Numbered from the whole stretch's first letter, positions 24,252-37,800 are shown. The stretch is 58,910 nucleotides of DNA, filler included, from Sphacelaria rigidula (GCA_964200075.2; 5 parts of 5 records of this genome joined end to end with filler, not necessarily neighbours in it), one strand, 5' to 3'. Numbers and translations are program-made. Notes: generated by a model not told the origin, from the sequence alone.

Positions 24252-26583
24252 TCTTGAGCCTAAATCGAAGATTTCTCAAACCGCCTGGAACTTCAGTTCA
24301 CACCTGCGTGCTTCGCCGCTCCAACACAGCCCTGGGGTCGTATAAATACCCGCTGTGCGCAACTCCAGCAAGTCTCCAGTCTGGATCAATCACGGGCCAG
24401 CCGCCTTTTCAGCTACCTCAGCTTGAAGCCTCCTCACGCGTCCGTGAAGCTCTGTTCCCGAAGCCAATCACTAGTTGTCCAGACCCTCCCTGCTAAAATT
24501 TTCAGCAGTTTCAAACGATAGTGCCTACTAGCACGCCAGCACTAGAACTAATATCGATATTGTGACGCTAGCAGGTTTGCTAGTACTGCAGCGTCTAAAT
24601 GCTTTTGAGGGACTCCCCAGCGCAATGTCTCAGTTGTTAGCCTTTACAACACCTTATCACTATTCGGAGTAAATACCTGTAGCCTACCATCAGGCCTGGG
24701 CCACACAGCGAGGGTCACCATCCACAGGATGCCCTTGTCTCCTGGTCATCATCCAGGATCCACTATATACTCAACCGTGACGGCGTGATTTCCCCACAGA
24801 CCGTGAAACACAGTTTGTCGGCTCTAGTGCAGTGAGTAGGTAAAATAATATATATATATATATATATAACTGTACGTTTCTTCACAAATATGATTGGGAC
24901 AGGCTCGATCGACCGAAAATAATGAAGAGCAGGAATCTGGGCTGAAACGTGGCAGGACCCCCGATGACCGGTCAGCCTGTAAGTCGCTCAATATTGAGCA
25001 CATATGACTTTTTTTCTAGGAATGTGAAGCGGATGCAAATATCTTCAGATCCCCAATGTGATGAGCGATGGCAAGCGAAAAGAGTCCAAGAAAATAGCCA
25101 ATTACGAAAAAATCACAATATATGCCACAGAATAAACAGTTAGACCGACCACTACTGTAGCTGTCTTTTAGGGCGTAAAACGACGTGGACGCCCCAAGAA
25201 GGCACTCTTCCCAGTTTTTTATTCTGTTGTAAGCAGCGGCCTTCGTATCACTTTCTTAGGATCTGAACCATCTGACCCTCGATTTCTTAGTTGGCGATTT
25301 CTTGAGTGACGTCACCATCTGTATTCTGGTAAGCTGTATTTCGATCTTGGTATCAACGTATGTCATGGGAGGCTCGGGGTGAGTATTCGTGAAAACCATG
25401 CATGTGGTTGAGAGCTGAGAGGGCAATGGAGGGTAAAAAACTTACAGTGGGGGGAAGTCACGCCGAAAATATGCGTGCCTGGAGGTAGATTGAGCTGGAT
25501 TTCCAGCTCCCTACTAATGTGTTCGGTGGGTTCTGCGGTTCTGTATTACACACTACTGTGTCGCATCGCCGCGTGATGCGGTTGCGTCTGTAATCATGGT
25601 TTAAGCGACTGTGCTATGCAGCTCCTTTCGACTTGGAACTGCGATAAGTGAGAGCGGAAACGAAGAAGAAATACTAGATGTGTTACTGGTATGCCATGAA
25701 GGTATGCTACAGCACAGTAGAGGTGCAGCGAGCACAGGCGCAGGTACCCACATCGTTATCTGAGTTTCGCACTTCGGAGCTTCGGAGGCGGGGTAGTTGG
25801 TTGCGTTTCAGTCGAACTAGTTCTATTCTGGTTCTCATGAACCCACTTGGTTCGCAAACGACATTTGTCGCAAGAACGCAAAATATGAAGGATTTTCATT
25901 GTACAGTAGTGCGCAAACAAGATTTGTCTCGAGGACGCCAATTATCCGTAGTACAGTACTGTACAGATCATGCTGCCTAGTACATACAGTACGGACCATA
26001 TAACGAGTAAGCCTGTCGATAGCCCAAAGGTTTTGGTTTTTGGTTAGGAGATCCTCGTTCGTGGTGTATCCAGCGATACCCCCGATGGCAACGACCGGAC
26101 AACTCCGATCGCGATCCGAAGATACTGGTTTCGGGTTGTGAACTGTCCCACCGCTTTCGGAGAAGTTCGGCGGCCACGAGGCAACAGCAGCACGAGCTGT
26201 TTGCGATTCTGGGGTCCAAGAGTAGTACTGTGCGATATTCATCGCTGTGAGCATCCCCCTCGGGGCCCCTTTCCCTCAATCTCAAGCTTGCAGGCAGGAT
26301 ACGGGCGTTAGTTGATTCCAGATCGCTGGTGGTGGCGGGCTGTCGTAACCTACCGCGGGCATCATCGGCGGTGGTACATGGTGATCCAAGGCTGCATGGA
26401 AGTATCTGGTGATTGTTTCTCTGAGGGGCCTTTCACCGTAACGTACACACTAAAGGGACAGTCAGCAGAGGCGATTTTTCCGTGGCCACGTGCATTTTTC
26501 ATCACACCGCCAGCTTTCCCCAGGATCATGATACCATTAGGTGTACTCCTGCGGTAGCACAGGGTTCAGTGATAAGCACACAG

Positions 26584-29500
26584 AGAGGTTGAAGGCCACC
26601 GTCTCGACAGATCAGCATCGGTGGTGCAAACAGGAAGCGTGATGGGAAAACCTTTTTCCACAGATGGTGTTATCGCCGAGCGTAACCGAGGAAACCTTTT
26701 GGTATCATCACAGACACTAGAGCCCTTGCGATCATTCTCAGTCTCACCAGAAACAAAGGCGGCAGCATCAACAACAGCAATACCAATAATCGATGCTAAC
26801 CTCCAAGGTGTGTACGGGACTATCACACGTAGAAATGCGAAGATGGTGTCGAAGACAACCGCGGGATTTACGACTACCTTCACCCCTACCGAGCCGTCAG
26901 GCATCGCAACTCATCACCATGGCGATGCTGGCGCGGAGGATCAAAAGGTCAGGGATGAGCGTGGTGATCGTGGCGGTCATGGTGATCATGCTGTCGTGAA
27001 GAGACAACAGCAACAGAGGCTCCTGTCTGTTCCCCTGGAGAATGCTGACAGCGTCCAGTACTTTGGTGATGTCTACATCGGGAATCCTCCCCAACATTTA
27101 AAGGTAAAATATTGGCTGAGGAACAGACGGCTTCAAAGTAATGGCTCAGGGGTATGCCGCACTGATAACCTGGGGATATGTGCCACTCACCAGGTTGATG
27201 CAACCCGTCAACCACGAGAGAGTTGCAAAGAGCCTGCACGAAACAGAAACTATTCCTCCGCCATGGACCTGTGGCTTTCGGTATCGAAGAAATTTTGCCG
27301 GACATTCAAGCGAGTCGAACCGAGCAGCTCCATATTCTCACTGTGGGTATTCTGAGAGTACGTTTGCGTTCATCGCACCTTTTTTGTGGAACAACCGTTC
27401 TATTCCCACCGGTGCGATATATTACAGACCCCGCTGTGTTCTTCTCACGTCCGAAGGTTCTGTTTGATACGGGGAGCTCCGACACATGGGTCCCGGGGGC
27501 CGGGTGCGGTAACTGCGGTCGTCACTCTGCCTTCGATGATCACGCGTCCACGACAGCATTAGCCATGGGCAGAAACTTTACTAACAGGTAACATGGGTGT
27601 AAGAAAAGGGCCGTGCTTAGCTGAAGAATTCCATTTTATCGGACATTTTGGTAGAGAATGTATTGTGGAAATTATTTCAAGTTACGTATGTGATGAGGGG
27701 CCGACAGACATAACGTCATGTACGATACTCTGTTCTGTAGGTTGGGGATTTTCGCCGTGTTCTGTGTAACATGCACTTCGACGCAAATCCTCGAGAACAG
27801 TGGAGTTGGCGTACAACGTAGGGTGCATGAGATGCAAAGAAGGACTGCAGATCTTTGTCGAAGGCTCCATGTTCTTGTTGAAGGGTCGTCGACTACGTGT
27901 ACATTGTTGGAAATGTTTAGTGGTAACAAAAGTACAACCGGGGTTCGATCCTCCCGAGGACCATCTTGACGCCTTGTTCTGCAGAAGGAAATAGACTGAG
28001 AGAAAGTCTGGGATACACACCTGAAAGCATGGTACACATCACCAGTCGTCAGAATAAAGAGACATATTCCCGCCTGTAAGCCGGCGAACCGCTTGGGGCA
28101 GCGCTGATTAGAGGGATTACAACCTTCGGGTAGAAACCGGAGTGCGACAGTCTAACCAGCTGTCGGACCCCGGTTGTACTTTTGCTGGATATACAACATA
28201 TCCAGTGGGATAAACAGTCAGCGCTGACTGATAGCTCAGGGAATATGTTGTATATCTAACAGCGTGTCAAGATGGTCCTTGTAGGGATCGAACCCCGGTT
28301 GTACTTTTGTCAAATATACAACATATCCACTGAGCTATCAGTCAGCGCTGACTGTTCAGCTCAGTGGATATGTTTTATATCCAAGATACATTTTCTCGCA
28401 CAAGCGACAATCAGCACAACCGCTGGGTATCACTTGGTCGCGTAGGACCTTCAATACCGCCCAACCTTTTACCATCGACTTGTCTTTGATATGCTGCTTT
28501 TACGCACCATTTCACTGCCAACGGGGTTTCTCTCCCCCACCTCACCCACCCAAACGAAAAACAAAGGTACGACAGCGGCTCGGTCGCCGGGCGTGTAATT
28601 AAAGACGGCGTGACGATTGATGGAAGCACGGTGCGTGGCGTAGAGATGGGTTTGGTGCGCCAACAAGAGCAGCACATCAAAGGCTTCAAGGCTGACGGAA
28701 TTGTGGGATTGGCATTCCCCGCCATATCCACTACTCAGAACACGAGTCCATCTAGACATGCCACGTTCGTTCAGCTTCTCCGTCAGCAGTTCGGAAATGT
28801 CGGCGATATTTTCTCCGTCTTCCTTACTCGTGAGTTGTGCGGGTGACAGAGGGATGTAGTATGTTCGCCACAAACAATACCGGATAATTCCTACAATTGA
28901 AACCATCCTTCACCTAGTATTCAAGGTAAATTGAGAGTTCGCCTCGACGTCTATACTACCTGTTTAATTTCGAAGCGCGTCCGATGTGCGTTGCTTTCGA
29001 CCTCGACGGATTGCACTCTTGTTTGTCTTGGCTTTGTTCAGCCTCAAAGACTCCCTGGTATCTGCGCGTTGTTCATAACCAGGTCCGGGTACCGTGGGTA
29101 TTTCCTGCTGCTTCTTATCTTGAACTATAGCTTATGAGGTTGTATTGATTATACTTACGACGATATTCTACTATCCACGCTCGATTTCACGGTATGGGGA
29201 AGCGAATACTGTTGCCACTACCGAACTGCAAGACTCGCGCAGGACTTGACTGGCCATTGACCGCTGTATTTCCAAGAATGATCAAGTTTCGTGTTTCTGT
29301 GAAGCTGTGAGAACGACACGCCCGAGCTTTTTCGAGAGACGTGGTATGGTGGCAATCGATGCTTTGTCATCCGAATCCCGCATGCGCATTTTGCCACAAA
29401 CATGTGCATCATTCGACGGTGCACTCCGCTCTTCACTGGGAAAGGTGGTAAGGAAAGGCCAGATCATATGTCTCAGCAAAACGTTTCCTCATTAAAATCT

Positions 29501-31680
29501 GATCCATGCCATCAATTGAGGCTTCTACCCAGACAAATTGTCTCAGTGCAAGAACACGTCCTATATCCCTCAAACCTTCATCTGCCCCAACCATCGTGCC
29601 TCCACACCGTCAATTTTGCCCTGTTCGCCTTGTACTCATGTGTCCCTTCGGAATCACCCTTGCTACATATACCTCTAATATAAACTGGAATTTGAGGACT
29701 TCAGCGACGCCCAATCAACCGGGGAGCATGCTGATATTCGGAGGGTATGACCTGGATCTCGTGCGTAAGAAGCGACCCAAAACTTCCGTCCCGCCGGAGT
29801 CGCAAACGCAGCCATTGTTAGCAGATGTCGGCATGAGGCGGCGCTCTGCGCCCGCTGCTATTTCAACCCACGGCAACTACACTGCATTACGAGGAAGGAG
29901 AAGAGATCGAGAGAGAAGCGAGGAGGGTAGTCAGCCAGTATATAATCGAAGAGATACGAGCGGGTTGGATGAACAGGCGGATACGAGTGGAGATCGCAAC
30001 ACGAATACAGAGGGGGGAGGGGGGAGCGCACGAGAGATGCTGGTGATCGAGGAGCAAGACGAGGCGGGTGAAGAAGAGGGGAAGACTAAGAGGGGTGAGC
30101 GGGAAGACGATGATGAATATGATCAGCCGGTTGTTTTCTGGGCGCAGGTTGTGCCGTATCATGGTTCGATAAGCTACTGGACGGTGGACCTGACCGGCTT
30201 GCGTACGGAGAAGCAGCTCCTACAGCCGGCGGAGCACCAAAGTCAACGCGGTGTCGCTAATGTTGACGAGGTCATCACACCGAAACCTAACCACGAAACG
30301 CCCGGCGATGGAATGCAAGCGATACCAAGACTTGTCGCGAAAAGCGGCAACAATGACAGCGGACTGGGGCGTGTAAATGGAAGCAGTACCGAATGGGTTG
30401 GTCGCGACCTGTGCGCTGACGGCTGTCAAGCTATAGTCGACACGGGATCCTCTCTGCTTGTGTCTCCGAGCGGACGATTCCTGGAGATGGTGCAAGAAAT
30501 AATTGGCGACCGAACAGGCTGTCAGTTGCGGAACGGAATGTACTCCTGCTCGCCGTGTGATCTCGGAGACTTTCCGCACCTCGTTATCTCGGTCGTTGCA
30601 TCAGGGAGCTCATCTCCACAGGCGGCGGGTTCCGTGGGTAGTGATGTCGCCGCACGCCCCGGTGTTGGCAATAGCGGTGGAGGTGCCGATGGCGAGGGGA
30701 AATCAGGAGGTAATGGAAGTAGTCATGACATTCTTGAGGATACAAAGATTCCTAGTTTCTCAAAAGATTTCCGGTTGACACCGTCGGACTACTTGTCCCA
30801 GAGCGGGGACAGCTGCGAGATCTTGGTAGGGTCCAGCCGAGCGAGCGACATCTGGACGCTGGGAGACGTGTTCATCAAGACTTACATGACGATCTTCGAT
30901 GTGAAAAACCTTAGAGTGGGGTTCGTGTGCCCTGACGGCGGTAAGTGTTTGGGGGGCGCCGCCCCTTCCGCGGGCCCACCGACGCAGCTGGTCCTGTGCT
31001 TGCCGGCTTTCGGCAAAACACGCTCGGCAGCGTCAACGACAAAGGACAGGTATTGTGTACGTTTCAATCGATTTTTCTTGTTTCCCTGGCAATGGTTTCT
31101 TGCATCCGCGCTGCTAACTATTCTGGCACGCATTTTCGGTGGTCGCTCCGTCGCCGATGGTAGCGAGGGCAAACATGACAAACAGCACCGCAACGGCAAA
31201 AACGACATGGAAAGCGGCTGTAAACGAGGTGTTGGTGCCTCTTTGAACGCCCGAAATGGCACTTCGCCCAAGTTCCACCCGCGAGCGACCCCAAGACCCG
31301 TCGCCGTGACAGTCGCTCCAGCAATACCCACGAAATATTCGGCGGGGGTTGTAGGGACAAGCAGAAATTTGCGAGAAGACGGGCAGTGCTCAGAGGAAAC
31401 GCGCGGAGCCTGTTACGGCCGTCGTCAAGTAGCGGCGGCCGGGGCACCAACAACGGCACCGTCACCAGCTTCGGTAATTCAAACTGAAGCGCCAGAACAC
31501 CTGCATCACATACACTCGGCCGACAGTATCGATATCGTTGATAAAAATATCAGAAACAACTGCAGCCCAGGCGGGGAGTGGCCGAGACGGCGAGCCACCC
31601 CTAGAGAGGGGGATGCGGGCTTCATGGTCGGAAATCGTGAGCGCGGTGGTGTGAGGGTGATCAGTGGGATAAGAAACTGA
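26584..31680 (+). CDS. Pepsin-like (A1 family) aspartic protease with C-terminal hydrophobic anchor; exons ~26584-27103, 27457-27587, 28567-28829, 29705-31680; 5' end unresolved
   Basis: QYFGDVYIGNPPQ, VLFDTGSSDTWV (first catalytic Asp), flap YDSGSV, ADGIVGLAF, LIFGGYD, YWTVDL, AIVDTGSSLL (second Asp), WTLGDVFIKTYMTIFD..NLRVGF. All three introns are GT-AG and phase compatible (0, 2, 1). Confidence 0.93.
27923..28385. repeat. Intronic inverted repeat plus duplicated ~75-bp palindromes
   Basis: 27927-27975 is the reverse complement of 28262-28309. A palindrome centred on CAGTCAGCGCTGACTG occurs at ~28188-28257 and ~28313-28383. Confidence 0.8.
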
Positions 31681-32583
31681 TCAGCTTACACCAAACTTGT
31701 GCTTACTACCGCGCTCAAAAGACCATCCTAAGTGTTGTTTCCGCACTAGATTGGCCAAACTACGCTGACAAAGCGCGCCTAGTGGCGTTGTCGGAAGGGA
31801 TAGATGGCGGGAGGGATGGACATGGAGTGAGAGTTGCGCTGAGGAAGTGTGCTGTGGGGACGAATCGGGGTTTATCTGGATACATCAACCAGAACTGATT
31901 GAATGATTGAATCAGAGGCTGTGCACCCGCGCTGTTCATATCTCAACTGTCCCCAGACTTTGAACCGTCGATCGCGCACGCGGCCTGGAGGTCGTAATGA
32001 ATTTACCCGTTGAGCCGGGCGGCTAGAGATAAGCCACGGTCAAGCACGCTCTCGACCCACCCCAACAAGGGTGCTATGTCAGACGTTGTCATGTTCTCGT
32101 TGGTAGTACTGTAGTAGGGGGGAATGGTTGGACCTTGCACACCTACTGCTGCAAATGTAATTTTTGTAGGATGAGCAATTTTTGGCCTGCAGCCACACAC
32201 GTCGGTATCAGAAGTGACCATTACTGTGCGCCATGCCAGAGGCGAGTTGGTGGTACCGTACCACCATCCGGTCGCTTGTGATTTCGAAAAGATCGAAGTC
32301 GCCAAACATTGTGTATTAGTAGTGTTTCCTTTTGCGTCTCTTCTGGCTGGTCTGTGAAAAGGTGTACGATAAATCCAAATAGAATTACCACGTGCGCATA
32401 CTCAGTGTTCGCGAGTGCGTTTCGTGCGTTTGTGTTCCTTTTGACTCCCGTCGGTAGGTGTAGTCCGCCCGTCCTGACAAGCGTAGTTTGACCTCATATA
32501 ATACATCATCAGGGCGCAAAAGTGGTCGTTGTATCCTCGCACACTCGCAGCATGGCGAAGCTGTCTCGGGTACACGCAACGGT

Positions 32584-34143
32584 TCATGAGGCCATGTCCC
32601 CCTTGAGATTGTCTCCTGTTATGGTCTCGGTCGCATCCGGTAAACCCGTCGCAAAGTTTTCCGTGCTGCTTGGTCCAGAAGCGGCAGCGGCAGCAGTGAT
32701 AGCAGCAGTGATAGCAGCGGGGGCGGCAGAGGGCGCCGCCTGCGGGCCTAGCACCATCCTCTTCGCGTACCACAACGCGCACAAAATATGGGTTGGTGGC
32801 GGGGGGGAATGGATAGTTGGCGAGGAAGGAGTGTTTCCTTTTGTATTGCTTTATGTGAGCACGTGCGTTTCAACGTATAGGTGAGTACAGCCAAGACTAA
32901 AAACATTGCGCAAGATTTGCATAAAAGCTGAAGTGTGAATCGAAATTTAACAAAAACAAATCGGCTTCATGGGTGGCTGTCACGCACAAAATCTTTTTGG
33001 CAGAGGTTATAGTTGAAAGTGTTATGCATACCAGGGGGTTCTGCCGATGTTCCTTGTTTGTTTCCGTCTGCAGTCGTTGTGGGTACTCCTCATCTACAAC
33101 TGTTTTTGCGTGTGCTCAGTTAGTTCCCCATGCTTCAAAGCTGCGGGTTTACTTTGCGCAAAACCTGTGATCGGTGTACCCTTGCGGTCCAAGTCACCAC
33201 CGCCTTGTATAATCGCTTCCTCCAAAAACGACATGAGTTTCATGAAAATCACGATGTGCTCGCTAACAATACGTGATTTAGACGCTCAACAGCACCCTCC
33301 TGCGCGCGCGAGCCGGGGGCGTTGCATTCACCTCTGGTGGTGTCTCGAGTACATAAAGAGAGGCCGAAACCGTGGATGATAAACGGAAGGGACCTCGAGT
33401 TTTCAACGAGTTTTTTTGACGACGTTACACGAGCACTAACCTCGTTGACGAGTAGAAAAACGAGCAAGCTTGCGTCTCTGCTTCACCACATATTTTCCGT
33501 TGTACTGTACTAACCACCGACTACAATGGGGCGAGAATAACTTATTCCAACGAACCAAATCTCCGTGTTTACCACAAAAAAAAGTATGTGATCGCCAGGC
33601 AGGAAAACTGAGGGCACATTTCCGTTTTCTCTCTAGCACTGCAGAGGCTCTTCCGTGACGACACACCTCCAACGCTGACCGTGCCTCCACCGGCAGTTTC
33701 TCGAAGAGTTCCTGCTTGGTTGGGGGACATGCTCGTAGCACCGCCTCTTTCATATTCCCCCCCTCTTCCATAAACGTGGGATTACGTTTCAGCGCTGCGG
33801 CTACACCCTCCGGCAGCCTGTCGAACTTAGCGAGGAGGCTGGCCTCGATTGTGGTGGACGCCTTCCATAAGTCGTAGGTCTCCGGCGCCTGTTATTTCAG
33901 CCGTTTTCGTCCATGGTCAGCAAAAGACAAGGACGATATCTGTACTTTAGGAGACAATACCGGCGAACTTGAACACTGATTGGGTGGATTTTTGGAAGAG
34001 GGCTGTTTGGATACAGGTGAATCAGCAAGTGCAGAGTGTAGCACGTTAGTCACGTCTGTGGTAGTGCCGGATATTCCTGAAGCACGTACGGTTTACCTGG
34101 TATTGCTGTTCTGCAGTTTGAGATCCCAACTCAATGATGTTAA
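32584..34143 (-). CDS. Putative multi-exon gene of unknown function; exons 34143-34097, 33888-33667, ~33403-33332 (uncertain), 33262-33180, 33093-33032, 32760-32584; 5' exons unresolved
   Basis: Chain of AG/GT-bounded, phase-compatible open segments: VNIIELGSQTAEQQYQ / APETYDLWK...LPVEARSALE / ... / EHIVIFMKLMSFLEEAIIQGGGDLDRK / DEEYPQRLQTETNKEHRQNPL / RMVLGPQAAP...DMAS*. One junction needs a rare GAG acceptor. Confidence 0.55.
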
Positions 34144-35215
34144 CTGCGTCTATTAAATATGTGTGCCCCGTGCTTTTTTTCAGGCAATTCTGTGTCCAAT
34201 CGCGGGTGAGACACACGTAGAGACGTGTGTACATCCATCCACTTGGCTTCTGACAAACATCAGAGTTGCCTGTTTCACGCAGCGTTTTGAACGCATTCTG
34301 AGGTTGTGCAGACTCGCAAAACGCGAGTCTTTTTACTGTGAACGAGGGTAAAACTTGAACACAGCGACTTTTCGTTCAAAAATATGCGCATGCTTCAAGT
34401 TGGACGCTTCAGTCGAGACAACATTTCGACAAAACAGAAAACAAGTCCACGTAGCATAAAGTGGACAAGATGTGCACCTGATTTATCCACCATTCGATTC
34501 TGAGGTATGTAGCTTTTCATCAATGCAGACGCAGGGGTGAATACCTGCTTCTCAACTTTCACTTTGACTGTACTGGATGGAATACATCTACCCCAACGTC
34601 GGTCGTCGTGCGGAGGGATCTCAAAGCACCCGAGCCCCACTACTTAAGAGCTACTACAGTACAGCAATGCTACGGTTTGGGTGCACTTTTTGCGCAAAGT
34701 GTTTTCTAGTTCAGGGGCTCCTAGCGATTCTAGATGCACGAGAATAAGGGTCAGGGCACCCCCGTTTGCTAAATTCATTCGGGATATCCCTCGCACATTG
34801 GGATAGCAATCCTCGCGTACTCGCATATTTTACGAGTCGTGTTCTGGATGAGATGAAGGGCTCCTAATAATTCTAACCTCAGAAATTATCTGGGCACCCC
34901 TACCGTAGCATCCCTCACTAGTAGAGTTCATCTCTGAACAAGAAGTATACGCGCGTCATGTTGATAATGCCCCCCCCCCTGTGATCGCGCTTGGCGCTTG
35001 GCGCTTGGTGATTGAGTGCGAGCCTGATCCGGTGAAAACCCGGCGGGCTCCGTCCCGGCTTTGTAGGGATGCGAGGTCAATGGTCTGATGACTATGGCAC
35101 GCATGATCATGAGTACATCCCTGTGTCTACACTCGGGCCAGATTATGCTGTGCGGCGTTGAAGAACTTCAACTCCGCACAATGGGGATGATTGTACTACG
35201 TAGTGCTCAAATGAT

Positions 35216-35287
35216 GAGACACCCATGAGGCAGTGTATAAGCCGTGGCTGTCGCTGGAAGTGGCGATGCCAAAAAATGAAGCAACTC
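35216..35287 (+). repeat. Dispersed repeat shared with the end of contig 5 (58840-58910)
   Basis: gagacacccatgaggcagtg.ataa.c..tggctgtc...ggaagtggcgat.cca...aat.aagcaact occurs at both sites. Confidence 0.85.
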
Positions 35288-35313
35288 ATTGTAGGCTGCC
35301 ATTCTAATGCAAG

Positions 35314-35413
35314 NNNNNNNNNNNNNNNNNNNNNNNNNNNNNNNNNNNNNNNNNNNNTTAATTAATTAANNNNNNNNNNNNNNNNNNNNNNNNNNNNNNN
35401 NNNNNNNNNNNNN
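35314..35413. other. Artificial contig-joining spacer
   Basis: 44 N + TTAATTAATTAA + 44 N. Confidence 0.98.
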
Positions 35414-36739
35414 GGGGGGGGGGGGGCTACTGTAGAAAGTGTCTTGATCCTGAAACAGAAGATTTTCATAGTTTCTTCGTAGTCGGGTGTCTTGACGGAC
35501 CATTGTTGTCTCAACTCTACCTATTCATTCCGCTAGAGCCGAAAATATAACTGACGGGGGGTAGTTAGGACCAAATAAAGTCAGTGATACCCCCCGTCAT
35601 TTCAGCTCGGTAGTCGTTCAATATTGAGCGCAGAGGCAATTCTCACTCCGGAATGTGGAGCGGATGCCTAGTATGACTCGACTCTCAATCATTGTAATCA
35701 ACCGCTCGCTGGGATTAGCGGCGGCACGATAAAATTATTGAAAATCGCCGACTACGATCAAAATACACAAACTATCCATTTCAGATGAAAATTAGGATTT
35801 AGAGAGATGCAATTATCAACGTCATGTCACAATCGGCATATCGCGTTGCGCGGTACAAAAATAGATACGCTGGGAGTATTTGACCGATGGGTGAGGTGAG
35901 GCTTGGACCAGGGTTTTCAACAAGAGGATACTCACCAGGCAGAGTTCCCTTTTGCTCGGGAGTTTTGTCGCATTTTATGACGGTTATAGTTGAATTTTGA
36001 TACTTCGCGCGCAGACGAGCGTATTCAGCACTGCATAATACCGAGGCACCGGCACGATCACTGGTTCCATTTGCCACGGACGGCGTATCGGGACTCTCTG
36101 GCACCGTGCCGTATAGCATCGTACCACAGATGACGCCGACGGGTTCCACCGTACCGTGAATCGCACACACCGTACAGTGCAGGTTGTATGAAAAACCCGT
36201 GCTGCAAGATAAAAGCACCACGAAAACCCACGGCAACTGCACTTCGTGTGGCTCAAAGGTGCGGATGACACCTGAAGCTGCGGTTAGATTCCTGGTAATA
36301 CTCATCACACTTTTTCTTCACTAATTTTGGATTCAGGCCGCCTCTCATGGCAACGCGACCGAGAAATACAACGTGCTGAATTAACATTGACGTACGTTTT
36401 GTCGTCGTCGGACGTATTCCGCAGACACGTTTATATTCCAAGTGGGCGCAACTGATGGTGACGATTCAACAGCAGGCCACCTGTACAGGTGAAAGCTCTC
36501 TGTGCTTGACTCGTACAGGCAAGGACAGACGTGCACCTCCGCCCTCCGTTGCCTAGAAGGGAACACTCCAGCTTTTTGGCACTCTTCAAAAATAAGAATC
36601 AAAGACTGCAACAGTCAGAATCAGAGTGACCTATGTCCTTCACTTGTGTTCCCGTGTGTCCCGTGCTTCCTTTGCGTGACGCCAGCTACCTTGCGCCGAT
36701 GGTGCTCGCAGATTCGGATTTTACAAGGTTGTGTTCTGC

Positions 36740-37800
36740 AGAGTACGGTTTCTCGTATACCCGAGTTATTTTCCGGGTTATTACCCGTTCCTGACAGTAA
36801 TGTGACTGCCGTTAGACTTTCATACCGGTAACTGACAGTTTTGTAACTTCTGCAACACTTTCATACCAGTACCCGATAGGTCTGTGAATTCTAAAAGGCT
36901 CTTCTACCCTCACTGGGGGGCACGGGTATACGCTGTAAAAATACGCGGTTGCGGGTACGGTTTCTTGTGCAACCTCCGTACCCTACCCGACAAGTTGAGC
37001 AACTTCTGTGAGACTTTCATTCCCCTGTCCGAGAGTTCTATAAGTTCTTGAGCCTCCCATACCCATACCCGGAGTTTGGGTATACCCTTACAGATATCCC
37101 CGATGAAGGTAAGAGCACACGTATACATCCCGGAGAGATATTGAAATAGGTGCAATCCTGACACGATGTAATGACCTTCACCTGTGCCCCAAACCCCCAT
37201 CAGTCAACCCGCCCTCGTTTACTCAACACCACGCATCCATAACATTCATGGATGCGTTCACGGACGGCCTATGGGACACCGTCGAGTGGAAACACGAAAC
37301 ATGAGCAGAAACACAAATCGTCACGATGGATCCCCACACTCGAGTGGTAGCTCGGGTAGGGGCCGTTCATCTGCGTTACTACGGGAATCAAGTAGTGAGA
37401 CGCAGGTCATCGATGTACCTGGTGGTCGTGTCCAAGGTTGCGTTCTGTGGGGGGTACGGTTTCTTCTTTCCCCGGGGTATTTCCCGGGTATTACCCGTAC
37501 CCCACACTTCTGTAACTTCTGTAAGACTTTCATAGCCATACCCTGTAGTTGTGTGACTTCTGTGAGCATCCCAGGTCCTCGCCCGACCGTTCGGTATGTC
37601 CTGTACAAAATGTTTATCCTTACCCGGAGTGCGGGTATTCCCCTGTCGGAGTAACCGGTCGCGGGATCGGTTCTCCGTGCAACCTTCATACCCTGCCCGA
37701 CATGTTCTGTGAGATTTGCAAGACTTTCATACCGGTACCGATAATTCTGGAAGTTCTGTACGGAGTTTCATACCCTACCAAACCTACCGGTATCCTACAC
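36740..37800. repeat. Degenerate complex repeat (AACTTCTGTAAGACTTTCATACC and TACCCG motifs)
   Basis: The motif recurs at ~36815, 36843, 37001, 37511, 37720 and 37752. Confidence 0.7.

Noticed and set aside
29506..29704. N-terminal part of the 724-aa ORF as the true protein start
   Set aside because: It is intron 3 read-through; the phase-compatible acceptor is at 29703-29704.
12053..31680. Functional linkage of the RWP-RK factor and the aspartic protease
   Set aside because: The two genes are on different contigs joined only by size order.
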